A stretch of 62,185 nucleotides of DNA from the sequence record DRR723986_15179; one strand, given 5' to 3'. This document shows, piece by piece, positions 20,961 through 29,833 of this stretch (its first letter is position 1; each line of letters opens with the position of its first letter). Under the pieces are notes generated by a model. The model was given only the letters and a program-made list of their open reading frames with translations, was not told the DNA's origin and made no database searches. The translations under genes and the position numbers were made by a program.

Positions 20961-21043
20961 TTGGTGCTATGTTGCCTGTCTTTTCTGCCAATTATGACGT
21001 ATAATTGCGCAATTTACTTCTTTAGAGGTATTTCACCCTTCTT

Positions 21044-21625
21044 ATGAATTCATTTGAGTTATATTTTCGTCTAGGCCTTGAGCATATCCTTGATATCAAT
21101 GGCTATGACCACATCCTTTTTGTGTTGGCACTCTGTGCAGTTTTTATTCCTAGAGACTGGCGCAAAGTTGTGATTTTAGTTACCGCTTTTACCATAGGGC
21201 ATTCCATCACGTTGGCACTAGCCACATTTCGATTGATCAATGTCAACTCTGATCTCATCGAGTTTTTGATACCAGTTACGATAGCGATCACTGCTTTTAT
21301 AACAATTCTACGACCAAAACCTGCGTCTGGGAAAGGGCTTTCGATTAATTACATCTTCGCGCTATTCTTCGGACTAATCCATGGACTTGGATTTTCTATT
21401 TACCTGAGAAGTCTTTTGGGCAAAGAGGCAAGTATTTGGCATCCCTTACTAGCATTTAACCTAGGCTTGGAATTGGGACAGCTGGTAATCGTTGGCATAT
21501 TTCTTTTGGCTACCTCAATACTTGTAGGACTGGCAGGAGTAAGTAGAAAAGAATGGACTTTAGTTGTGGCATCCATGGTATTTGGAGTGGCCCTAATGCT
21601 GATGTTAGAAGCTAAATATTGGTAA
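21044..21625 (+). CDS. HupE/UreJ family membrane protein
   Basis: GLEHIL...GYDHILF, TAFTIGHSITL, FGLIHGLGF, FNLGLELGQ motifs; multi-TM. Confidence 0.92.
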   Translation: MNSFELYFRLGLEHILDINGYDHILFVLALCAVFIPRDWRKVVILVTAFTIGHSITLALATFRLINVNSDLIEFLIPVTIAITAFITILRPKPASGKGLSINYIFALFFGLIHGLGFSIYLRSLLGKEASIWHPLLAFNLGLELGQLVIVGIFLLATSILVGLAGVSRKEWTLVVASMVFGVALMLMLEAKYW

Positions 21626-21692
21626 AAAACAGGTTAGCTGCCAGTAACTGTTGAATTGACATACGAATAGAATTGAGCATAAAAATTATACA

Positions 21693-24023
21693 ATGAAAAA
21701 ATTACTTGCACTTACAGCGCTAGCAATCACGGGGATTTTCCCTGCTTTTGCGCAGCAATCAGAGCAGAATCATGCAGAGCGATTTGAGCAGCTCGGACCT
21801 ATGCTTCGCTCTCCAAATGTTTATCGCACTGCCTCCGGAGCTCCGGGTCACATGTATTGGCAGCAGCAGGCTAACTACGTGATTAATGTAGAGCTGGATG
21901 ATGAAAATCAGTCCATCAAAGGATCAGAAAAGGTCACTTACATCAATAATTCACCGGACCAATTGACTTACCTATGGGTTCAATTGGAAGAAAATCAGCG
22001 TGGTCCTGATTCAGATGCTCCTAAATCTTCCGAGAGCTCTATTAATTCTAGAATGACTCTTCGTTCCCTCGAAGGTCTAATCTGGGCAAATGATGACTTT
22101 GGTTATAAAGTAATTGAAGTAAAGGACGCTAAGGGCAATCCACTTCCTGTTACAGTAAATAAAACCATGATGCGAATCGATCTTCCTACACCTTTAAAAG
22201 CTGGCGACAGCTTTACTTTTGGAGTAGATTGGACTTTCAATATTACCAATAGAGTTGGGTATATCTCTGGTCGTCCAGGATACGAGTTGTTTGAAGAAGA
22301 TGGCAATTACCTATATACCATGGCTGAGTGGTTCCCTCGAATGGCAGTTTATTCCGATTTCGAAGGATGGCAAAACAAGCAATTCCTAGGTTCCGGAGAG
22401 TTTGCTTTAGTCTTTGGAGACTATGAAGTGAATATTACTGTACCTGCAGACCATATGGTAGGGGCAACTGGAGAACTTCAAAATGCAAGTCAGGTTCTTT
22501 CGGCAACTGAGCTAAACAGATGGAATACTGCCAAGAAAACTTACGATAATCCTGTAGTCATCCGTACGCAGGATGAAGCAACCGAATTGGAAAAGGGTAA
22601 ATCAACTGCTAAGAAAACCTGGAAATTCAAAGCTGAAAATGTTCGTGATTTTGCATGGACTTCTTCCCGTAAATTCATCTGGGATGCCATGGCTGTAAAG
22701 CAAGGTGGTAAAGATGTGATGGCTATGTCTTATTATGCCAAAGAAGCTAATCCGCTTTGGGGTCAGTATTCTACCAGAGTGGTGGCGCATACACTCAAGT
22801 CCTACTCTGCGCATACCTTTGATTATCCATATCCTACAGCCATTTCTGTAGAGGCTGCTAATGGAATGGAGTATCCAATGATCTGCTTCAACTACGGTCG
22901 TCCAGATTCGGATGGTACATACTCTGAAGCAGTGAAAAACGGGATGATCGGCGTGATTATTCACGAAGTAGGACACAACTTCTTCCCAATGATCGTGAAC
23001 TCTGACGAGCGTCAGTGGACTTGGATGGATGAGGGGTTGAATACTTTTATGCAATTCATGGCAGAGCAAGAGTGGGATCGGAATTTCCCTTCCCGTCGTG
23101 GGCCAGCACACAAAATTGTGCCTTACATGAAAAGCAGTGTAAATACATTGGAACCGATCATGACCAATTCTGAGAATATCATTCAATTTGGTCCAAATGC
23201 TTATGCAAAACCGGCAACTGCGTTGAATATACTTCGCGAGACAGTGATGGGTCGAGAGTTATTTGATTATGCATTTAAGGAGTATGCACGCAGGTGGATG
23301 TTCAAGCATCCTACTCCTGACGATTTGTTCCGTACGATGGAAGATGCTTCTGCAGTTGATCTGGATTGGTTTTGGAGAGGATGGTTTTACGGAACTGAGC
23401 CTGTAGATATAGCTATTGAGAATGTAGCTTTGTACAAAATGGAAAACCGGACCCCTGCAGAAATCAATGCAGAAAGGAAGGCGCAAGCTGACCGTGAGGA
23501 AGATTACGTTTCCAAAGAGTTTAATAGGACAGAAATCCAAGAGACCGTAATTGAAGCAAATCCAGCTACGCGCGATTTTTATACTTCTTATAATCCTTTC
23601 ACCGTGACTCCGGAAGATGAAGAGAGCTATAAGAAATTTATGGCTAGCCTTTCGCCGAAGGAAAAGGAGTTGATGGAAAGTAATTTGAATTTCTATGAGA
23701 TCACCTTCAATAACGTAGGTGGCTTAGTAATGCCTATCATTTTAGAATTCCAATACGCAGATGGTACCTCCGAGATCGACAGAATCCCAGTAGAGATCTG
23801 GAGAAAGAATGAGTCTCAGGTGACTAAGGTTTTTGTGAAGGAAAAAGAAGTGACTCAAATCATACTCGATCCAAAAAGAGAAACTGCCGATATAGATGAG
23901 TCGAACAATTACTGGCCAGCTCAGCTTCAGCCTAGCAGATTTGAACTGTTTAAAGGTTCAGGAGCTGCTAGAGGAACATCAGTCGGAAGCAATCCAATGA
24001 AGAAAGCTCAAAACAATAAGTAA
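21693..24023 (+). CDS. Secreted M1 family zinc metallopeptidase
   Basis: Signal peptide; GMEYP exopeptidase motif; HEVGH-x18-E (WMDEG). Confidence 0.93.
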   Translation: MKKLLALTALAITGIFPAFAQQSEQNHAERFEQLGPMLRSPNVYRTASGAPGHMYWQQQANYVINVELDDENQSIKGSEKVTYINNSPDQLTYLWVQLEENQRGPDSDAPKSSESSINSRMTLRSLEGLIWANDDFGYKVIEVKDAKGNPLPVTVNKTMMRIDLPTPLKAGDSFTFGVDWTFNITNRVGYISGRPGYELFEEDGNYLYTMAEWFPRMAVYSDFEGWQNKQFLGSGEFALVFGDYEVNITVPADHMVGATGELQNASQVLSATELNRWNTAKKTYDNPVVIRTQDEATELEKGKSTAKKTWKFKAENVRDFAWTSSRKFIWDAMAVKQGGKDVMAMSYYAKEANPLWGQYSTRVVAHTLKSYSAHTFDYPYPTAISVEAANGMEYPMICFNYGRPDSDGTYSEAVKNGMIGVIIHEVGHNFFPMIVNSDERQWTWMDEGLNTFMQFMAEQEWDRNFPSRRGPAHKIVPYMKSSVNTLEPIMTNSENIIQFGPNAYAKPATALNILRETVMGRELFDYAFKEYARRWMFKHPTPDDLFRTMEDASAVDLDWFWRGWFYGTEPVDIAIENVALYKMENRTPAEINAERKAQADREEDYVSKEFNRTEIQETVIEANPATRDFYTSYNPFTVTPEDEESYKKFMASLSPKEKELMESNLNFYEITFNNVGGLVMPIILEFQYADGTSEIDRIPVEIWRKNESQVTKVFVKEKEVTQIILDPKRETADIDESNNYWPAQLQPSRFELFKGSGAARGTSVGSNPMKKAQNNK

Positions 24024-24027
24024 GTAG

Positions 24028-24053
24028 AAAGCCGACGTGAGTCGGCTTTTTTT
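24028..24053 (+). terminator. Intrinsic terminator
   Basis: AAAGCCGAC-gtga-GTCGGCTTT plus T run. Confidence 0.85.
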
Positions 24054-24174
24054 CATTAAATCTATTTCTCTGTATTCTCAAATTTCTGTTAGGGTTGTTC
24101 GAACAGGATTGATGAATTCAATGTTTACCTTAGATTGCAATTCAATTACCCATTCTTAACCTAAAGCCTAAAAA

Positions 24175-24954
24175 ATGAAAGAATTAAAAACATTATCACT
24201 CGGTTTTTTTGCGTTGTGCCTGCTCCTAAGCTCAAGCTTGATGGCTCAAAAAAGAGATTTCTACGAACTGAGAACCTACCACATCGAAAATGCCGAGCAG
24301 GAAGCAATGCTTGACGATTACCTAGCCAATGCTTTTATTCCTGCTGCCCACAGACATGGAATAGCAAAAGTTGGGGTTTTTAAACCTATCGCTTCTCAGC
24401 CTGATGCAGGAAAGAAAGTGTACTTATTTGTCCCGTTCAAATCGATGGATGAATTCCTAGCTTTGGAAAGTAAATTGGCAAAAGATGCTGCTTACCAAAC
24501 TGCTGGCAGTTCTTATATCAATGCGGCTTTTGACAATCCACCTTACAAAAGAATAGAAACTTCGATCCTTCAAGCAATGACTGGTCAGCCTAAATTCACC
24601 GAGTCTGAATTGACTAATGCTAAAAAGGATAGAGTTTACGAATTGAGAAGTTATGAAGGGCCAACGGAAAGACTTTACAAGCAGAAAGTGAAAATGTTTA
24701 ATTCTGGCGAAATGGACATTTTCAGCAGAATAGACTGTAGTCCGATTTTCTATGCTGAAACGATAGCTGGTGCTAATATGCCAAACTTAGTCTATATGAC
24801 TACTCATGAAAATATGGAAATCAGAAACGAACATTGGAATGTTTTCAGAACAGATCCGGCTTGGTTAGCCATGAAAGATTTACCAGAATATGCAAATACC
24901 GTATCCCGCAACGACACCAGATTGCTTTATCCGGCTGAATATTCGGATTTGTAA
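24175..24954 (+). CDS. Exported NIPSNAP family protein (tandem domains)
   Basis: Signal peptide; FYELRTY and VYELRSY repeats. Confidence 0.88.
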   Translation: MKELKTLSLGFFALCLLLSSSLMAQKRDFYELRTYHIENAEQEAMLDDYLANAFIPAAHRHGIAKVGVFKPIASQPDAGKKVYLFVPFKSMDEFLALESKLAKDAAYQTAGSSYINAAFDNPPYKRIETSILQAMTGQPKFTESELTNAKKDRVYELRSYEGPTERLYKQKVKMFNSGEMDIFSRIDCSPIFYAETIAGANMPNLVYMTTHENMEIRNEHWNVFRTDPAWLAMKDLPEYANTVSRNDTRLLYPAEYSDL

Positions 24955-24959
24955 GAGAT

Positions 24960-24986
24960 CTCCCGCCAAGGCGCTACCGCGCAAAG
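24960..24986 (+). repeat. GC-rich extragenic motif, copy 1 (YCGC-N3-GGCGC-N3-xxxGCA(AAG))
   Basis: tcccgc-caa-ggcgc-tac-cgcgc-aaag; related copies at 27197-27224 (-) and 41530-41555 (+). Confidence 0.5.
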
Positions 24987-25034
24987 TTCTATTGATCTCT
25001 GTTGGCCTGCTTCTCCACAAGCAGGACTTTAGCT

Positions 25035-25067
25035 AGACCTTCCAGGTTTTGAAAACCTGGAGGGTCT
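25035..25067. repeat. REP-like palindrome, copy 1 (may also act as terminator)
   Basis: AGACCTTCCAGGTTTT-g-AAAACCTGGAGGGTCT followed by T run; core 24/29 identical to 27160-27188. Confidence 0.65.
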
Positions 25068-25072
25068 TTTTT

Positions 25073-26197
25073 TTATCCATTCACCTTTCTTGCAATTCCC
25101 TCAAAAATCTTCACGCCAGTCTCTATCAACTCATCCGGGAAATCATAGGTAGGTTCATGGAGTTGTGGGCAGTTTTCTCCTGATCCCAATCCAAATAAAT
25201 AGGAAGGACAACTTTGGCTGAAAAGCCCAAAATCCTCCGACCAGCGAAAGGGCTCCGGCTTCTCAATTACTTGCAAGTTTTTTTCTTTAAGTACACCTTC
25301 TGCAATAGCAGCTGCTCCGGGATCATTTTTGGAAACGGCGAACGATTCTACGAAGGAGAATTTACAGCCAAGCTTTTCGGCAGTTGCAATTATCTTGACT
25401 TCCTCGGTAATCATCTTGATCAGATTTTCCAGATCATCCTGATCAAATGCCCGGATCGTCAGGCTCAGGCTTCCTTTTCCAGCACTAGTCCCAAATGCCA
25501 AACTTCCGATCTCCGCATGAATAACTGTGACTAAAGCAAAGGTGGAAAGCTTTTCTGTAAGTTTTGGAAGGGTTTGAATCAACTGTGCAATTGCCTGAGC
25601 GGGGTTTATTCCTGCATCGGGGTGGGCAGCATGGGAAGTTTTTCCTGTAAGGGATATCGTCAAGCCTGTACTTCCTGCGGCAAAAGTTCCTTGCCTGACA
25701 ACAACTTGACGAAGTGGGAATCCTGGTAAATTATGTAACGCAAAAGCATAATCCGGTTTGATCTGCTGAAATTTTGGATCATCCAAAACCCTTCTGGCGC
25801 CTTCGCCGGTTTCCTCCGCTGGCTGGAAAAGCAATACTACTTCACCACTTGCAGGTCTTTGAGCAGCAAGCTTTTCCCCTAGTCCGCAAATAATCGTCAT
25901 GTGACCATCGTGTCCGCAAAGATGTGCTTTCCCTGCAGTCTGGCTTTTATAGCTTGGATCTCCTTTTTCCTGAATTGGCAATGCATCCAGTTCAGCTCTG
26001 AATAAAATTCGCTTACCAGGATTTTTCCCTTTAAAAATAAAAGCTAGCCCCGTTCCCCCTATATTTTGAATGGTTTGATCTGGTTTTAGGTTGGCAAAAA
26101 AGGCTAAAATCTTCTCGGCTGTGGCAGATTCTTCACCGGCAATTTCTGGAGTTTGGTGTAAAAGCTGGCGAAGATTTATAAGTTCTGTAAGGGGCAT
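25073..26197 (-). CDS. M20D family amidohydrolase
   Basis: LHQTPEI, RAELDALP, HLCGHDGH, FQPAEE, SEDF, LHEP motifs. Confidence 0.93.
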   Translation of the reverse strand: MPLTELINLRQLLHQTPEIAGEESATAEKILAFFANLKPDQTIQNIGGTGLAFIFKGKNPGKRILFRAELDALPIQEKGDPSYKSQTAGKAHLCGHDGHMTIICGLGEKLAAQRPASGEVVLLFQPAEETGEGARRVLDDPKFQQIKPDYAFALHNLPGFPLRQVVVRQGTFAAGSTGLTISLTGKTSHAAHPDAGINPAQAIAQLIQTLPKLTEKLSTFALVTVIHAEIGSLAFGTSAGKGSLSLTIRAFDQDDLENLIKMITEEVKIIATAEKLGCKFSFVESFAVSKNDPGAAAIAEGVLKEKNLQVIEKPEPFRWSEDFGLFSQSCPSYLFGLGSGENCPQLHEPTYDFPDELIETGVKIFEGIARKVNG

Positions 26198-26337
26198 TTT
26201 TATTAATTATTTTCGGAAGGTAAGTTTCTACTGCTCAGTTGGAATCATTTTTGACGAAAAAAATGAGGCTTCGATCAGGAACTATTCAAGATCGCTGGCT
26301 ATTTTAGGATATCATTTCAACCCTTAATCTAACTTTT

Positions 26338-26514
26338 ATGAGCGAAGCACAAATTCAAAACTACAACGAGCAAATCCAAGCTTTGGAATCACAAATCACC
26401 GGTGACATGTTTGCAGACATGGAGATTCGTGACAAAATCCATAACCTGAAGATGGAACGTGACGGTGTGAAGCCGACTGATTCCAGCATTGATTGCGTAG
26501 GCTGCGGCAGTTAA
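26338..26514 (+). CDS. Small 58-aa protein with C-terminal CxxCGS (missed by ORF track)
   Basis: MSEAQIQNYNEQIQALESQITGDMFADMEIRDKIHNLKMERDGVKPTDSSIDCVGCGS*; near-consensus -7 element TATTTTAG at 26300; ends 10 nt before the next gene. Confidence 0.85.
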   Translation: MSEAQIQNYNEQIQALESQITGDMFADMEIRDKIHNLKMERDGVKPTDSSIDCVGCGS

Positions 26515-26524
26515 TTTACTGACT

Positions 26525-27142
26525 TTGGCTAGATACTTTATTATATATAAGCCTTTTGGGGTTTTATGTCAATTTTCTGGAGAGGGGCAGACGCTTGCCT
26601 CTCTTTTTGATTTTCCAAAGGAGGTGTACCCGGTAGGCAGGCTCGACAAAGATTCTGAGGGACTTCTAATTATTACGGATGACAAATCCCTAAACCATCA
26701 TTTGCTTAACCCTCGCTTTGGACACCAGCGAACTTACTACGCACAGGTGGAAGGATCTCCTGAGCCGGAAGCATTGAAAGGATTGATGCAGGGAGTAGTG
26801 ATCAACGTAGATGGGCGTGATTATAAAACCAAACCCGCCATTGCCAAAACCTTGCATCCAATCCCTTCACTTCCAGACCGGGACCCGCCGATTCGCTACC
26901 GAGCTTCCATTCCTGATACCTGGATTTCTTTGACTTTAATAGAGGGCAAAAACCGGCAGGTTCGGAAGATGACAGCAGCGATTGGTCATCCTACGCTAAG
27001 GCTGGTTCGCTGGTCTATGGAGAAATTAACCATTCAAGGATTCAAGGTGGGTGAAGTGCAGGAGATCGATGAAAAAACCATTTACCATAAGTTGGGACTG
27101 ACTGGGTTTAAGAAGACGGAGGCAAATAAATCAAGGAGGTAG
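26525..27142 (+). CDS. rluE: 23S rRNA pseudouridine synthase, RsuA/RluE family
   Basis: YKPFGVL, catalytic GRLDKDSEGLL, RDPPIR, EGKNRQVRKMTA; no S4 domain; TTG start. Confidence 0.85.
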   Translation: MARYFIIYKPFGVLCQFSGEGQTLASLFDFPKEVYPVGRLDKDSEGLLIITDDKSLNHHLLNPRFGHQRTYYAQVEGSPEPEALKGLMQGVVINVDGRDYKTKPAIAKTLHPIPSLPDRDPPIRYRASIPDTWISLTLIEGKNRQVRKMTAAIGHPTLRLVRWSMEKLTIQGFKVGEVQEIDEKTIYHKLGLTGFKKTEANKSRR

Positions 27143-27158
27143 GTCCTTTCCCGCTCAA

Positions 27159-27189
27159 AACCTTCGAGGTTTTGTAAACCTCAAAGGTT
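27159..27189. repeat. REP-like palindrome, copy 2
   Basis: AACCTTCGAGGTTT-tgt-AAACCTCAAAGGTT; homologous to 25035-25067 with a compensatory C-G/G-C swap. Confidence 0.65.
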
Positions 27190-27196
27190 ATCTATG

Positions 27197-27224
27197 GCTG
27201 CGTCGCCGCGCCGCCGCGAGAAAT
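27197..27224 (-). repeat. GC-rich extragenic motif, copy 2 (reverse orientation)
   Basis: Minus strand reads tttctcgc-ggc-ggcgc-ggc-gacgc-ag. Confidence 0.5.
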
Positions 27225-27354
27225 AAGCTTCTTAAAAAATCATAAAATCCCTTTAATCGTAAGGCATTACCGCTTCTAAGATTTAAGATTGTCCTTTGGG
27301 ACAAAAACCTCTATTTTAGTCTCCGATTAAAAAGCACTCAAAGATTCAGATTCC

Positions 27355-28326
27355 ATGCATCAGGAAAAAATAGCAGACGTAATACAGGAAGTAAAGAAAG
27401 TAGTAGTAGGCCAGGACAGAATGGTCAACAGACTTTTGATTGGACTTTTTACCAATGGACATATCCTTTTGGAAGGTGTACCAGGCTTGGCAAAGACCTT
27501 GACGGTAAATACGCTGGCCAAAGTGCTACATCTTGATTTCAATAGAATTCAGTTTACTCCGGATTTGCTACCGGCGGATTTGATAGGTACGATGATCTAC
27601 AATCCTCAAGCAGCAAGTTTCGAAGTAAAGAAAGGACCAATATTCTCCAATGTGATTTTGGCGGATGAGGTTAACCGTTCTCCTGCCAAAGTTCAATCGG
27701 CACTACTGGAAGCCATGCAAGAAAAGCAGGTTACGATTGGTGATACTACCTATCAGCTTGACCGTCCCTTTTTGGTTTTAGCAACTCAGAACCCTGTAGA
27801 TCAGGAAGGAACTTACCCATTGCCGGAAGCTCAGGTGGATAGATTCATGATGAAAGTTCATATCGACTACCCAAGCAAAGCTGATGAAATGGAAGTGATG
27901 CGTAGAATGGCAAACATGTCCTTTAGCTCAGAAGTGAATGCGATACTTTCAAAAGATGAGATTTTTGAGATTCGTAATCAGATCAATGCGGTAAAGATGG
28001 CTGAGCCATTGGAACACTATATCATAGAGTTGGTTTTTGCGACTAGATTTCCGGAGCAATATGGTCTGAAGGATGAAGCCAAGTACATTCAATTTGGAGT
28101 TTCTCCTCGTGCAAGTATCAATTTAAACTTAGCATCCAAGGCGGTTGCCTTCATGGATGGTCGAGATTATGTGTTGCCCGAAGACATCAAGGAAATAGCA
28201 GAAGATGTACTAAATCACAGAATAATTCTCAATTATGAGGCAGAAGCCGACGGAATTAATACGCGAGATCTGGTCAAAATTTTAATGGAGAAAGTTCCCA
28301 TTAACAAATCGGTAACATTGAAATAA
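27355..28326 (+). CDS. moxR: MoxR family AAA+ ATPase
   Basis: LLEGVPGLAKT, RIQFTPDLLPAD, ADEVNR, ATQNP, LPEAQVDRF, GVSPRAS. Confidence 0.93.
   Translation: MHQEKIADVIQEVKKVVVGQDRMVNRLLIGLFTNGHILLEGVPGLAKTLTVNTLAKVLHLDFNRIQFTPDLLPADLIGTMIYNPQAASFEVKKGPIFSNVILADEVNRSPAKVQSALLEAMQEKQVTIGDTTYQLDRPFLVLATQNPVDQEGTYPLPEAQVDRFMMKVHIDYPSKADEMEVMRRMANMSFSSEVNAILSKDEIFEIRNQINAVKMAEPLEHYIIELVFATRFPEQYGLKDEAKYIQFGVSPRASINLNLASKAVAFMDGRDYVLPEDIKEIAEDVLNHRIILNYEAEADGINTRDLVKILMEKVPINKSVTLK
28301..28319 (+). promoter_or_regulatory. Putative OmpR/PhoB-type direct-repeat box (TTAACA-N5-GTAACA)
   Basis: ttaacaaatcggtaacattg; 17/20 identical to 38651-38670; about 200 nt upstream of the lipoprotein-TBDR operon, but inside the 3' end of moxR. 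Confidence 0.35.
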
Positions 28327-28340
28327 CTGCTATTCTAAGT

Positions 28341-28374
28341 AAAAAAAGGCTTTTCGTGAGAGAAGCCTTTTTTT
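28341..28374 (+). terminator. Intrinsic terminator after moxR
   Basis: AAAAAAAGGCTTTTC-gtga-GAGAAGCCTTTTTTT. Confidence 0.8.
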
Positions 28375-28513
28375 ATGCACTTTTTGTTATTCCAATATTA
28401 AATTCTGTAATCAATATTAAAAAAAGCATAATTCGGAAAATACTCTTGCGGTGAATAATTGAAGCAGATTTGCAACGTCAAAGAAGGCAAACCATTTCAA
28501 TTATACTATACCA

Positions 28514-29752
28514 ATGAAAAAGTTCAATTCCCTATTATTCATGTTTGCAGCAATCGTGATTGGATTCACAAGCTGTATAGACGGAAATGACAAACCAGTA
28601 GATCCTGTGGATCCAGGAGCAGATAATGTTTTGCTTGTCAACACAAACATCACTTCCAATACAACTTGGGAGACTGGTAAGACTTATGTACTTGGAGGAA
28701 GAATTACTGTTACTTCTGGGAATACATTAACCATCCAGCCAGGTGTAATTGTAAAAGGCGAAGTAGGATCTGGCTCTAATGCTACAGCTTTGATTATTGC
28801 TAGAGGTGGCAAGATTGACGCACAAGGAACCGCAACATCTCCGATCATCTTCACTACAGTTGCTGATGAAATCATACCTGGTCAAATTGCTTCACCTAAT
28901 CTTGATCCAGATCTTTCTGGTCTTTGGGGAGGTTTGATCGTTTTGGGAAATGCTAAGGCTTCCCTTGCAGGTGATGTCACTGAGGTACAAATTGAAGGTA
29001 TACCACCATCCGATACAAACGGACTTTACGGTGGATCAAATGATGAGGACAACTCAGGAACTATCAAATATATTTCTATCCGTCACGGTGGTGCAAACAT
29101 TGGTGAAGGAAATGAAATTAACGGACTGACACTTGGCGGCGTAGGCTCTGGTACAATTATCGAAAACGTGGAGGTGATCGCAAATCAAGATGATGGAATC
29201 GAATGGTTCGGTGGTACTGTAAGCGTGAAAAATGCAATCATCTGGAATGCTGGTGATGACGCACTTGATACTGACCAAGCTTGGGCTGGTACGTTGGATA
29301 ACTTCATCGTAGTTGCAGGTGGCGAAACTGATCACTGCCTAGAAATCGATGGTCCGGAAGGCTCATACAATGCTGGCCATACGTTGAAAAACGGAACTGT
29401 TAAAGGGAGTGCAGTTGCTGAACTAGGCGACTTCCGTGATGGAGCTAGAGGTACATTTGAGAACATTTACTTCTTCAACTTTGCTGACCCAGCAACCACA
29501 GATGGTCGTGGTGACTTATCCCTAAGCGGTGACAAAACACTCGCAACATTCTCTGAAGGATCATTGAAATTTATGAATCTCGAAGCTACCCTAGCAGATG
29601 GTGTTACGTTGGCTACAGTTTTCAAAAATGGTACTGCTGCTTCAGCAACAATGGTAGCTGCCGGTGCTAATACTGTAGGGGCAAACAAGACTGCTTTCGC
29701 AAGCACTTGGTCTTGGACTGCAGCCTCAGGCGCTATTTCTGATCTAAAATAA
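28514..29752 (+). CDS. Surface lipoprotein with parallel beta-helix-like repeats, partner of the downstream TBDR
   Basis: Lipobox FTSC; LTIQPGV, WGGLIVLG, NEINGLTLGGVGSGT, DDGIEWFGG, DDALDTD (acidic, Gly-rich). Confidence 0.8.
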   Translation: MKKFNSLLFMFAAIVIGFTSCIDGNDKPVDPVDPGADNVLLVNTNITSNTTWETGKTYVLGGRITVTSGNTLTIQPGVIVKGEVGSGSNATALIIARGGKIDAQGTATSPIIFTTVADEIIPGQIASPNLDPDLSGLWGGLIVLGNAKASLAGDVTEVQIEGIPPSDTNGLYGGSNDEDNSGTIKYISIRHGGANIGEGNEINGLTLGGVGSGTIIENVEVIANQDDGIEWFGGTVSVKNAIIWNAGDDALDTDQAWAGTLDNFIVVAGGETDHCLEIDGPEGSYNAGHTLKNGTVKGSAVAELGDFRDGARGTFENIYFFNFADPATTDGRGDLSLSGDKTLATFSEGSLKFMNLEATLADGVTLATVFKNGTAASATMVAAGANTVGANKTAFASTWSWTAASGAISDLK

Positions 29753-29762
29753 ACAAACACAC

Positions 29763-29816
29763 TTTTGAAAGAAGGGAGAAAGAACTTGCAAGGTCACTTT
29801 CTTCCTTCTTTTAAAA
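29763..29816 (+). other. Intercistronic 20-bp stem-loop
   Basis: ttttgaaagaagggagaaag pairs with ctttcttccttcttttaaaa (two G-U pairs). Confidence 0.7.
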
Positions 29817-29833
29817 TTTATTCTAATTGCTGT

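Noticed and set aside
22602-23186. 194-aa antisense ORF, and the many other 60-130 aa ORFs nested in or antisense to long genes
   Set aside because: Shadow frames of well-supported genes, with no recognisable motifs
29765-29833. TTG start of the TBDR in the ORF track
   Set aside because: Lies inside the intercistronic hairpin; the signal peptide follows ATG 29834/29861
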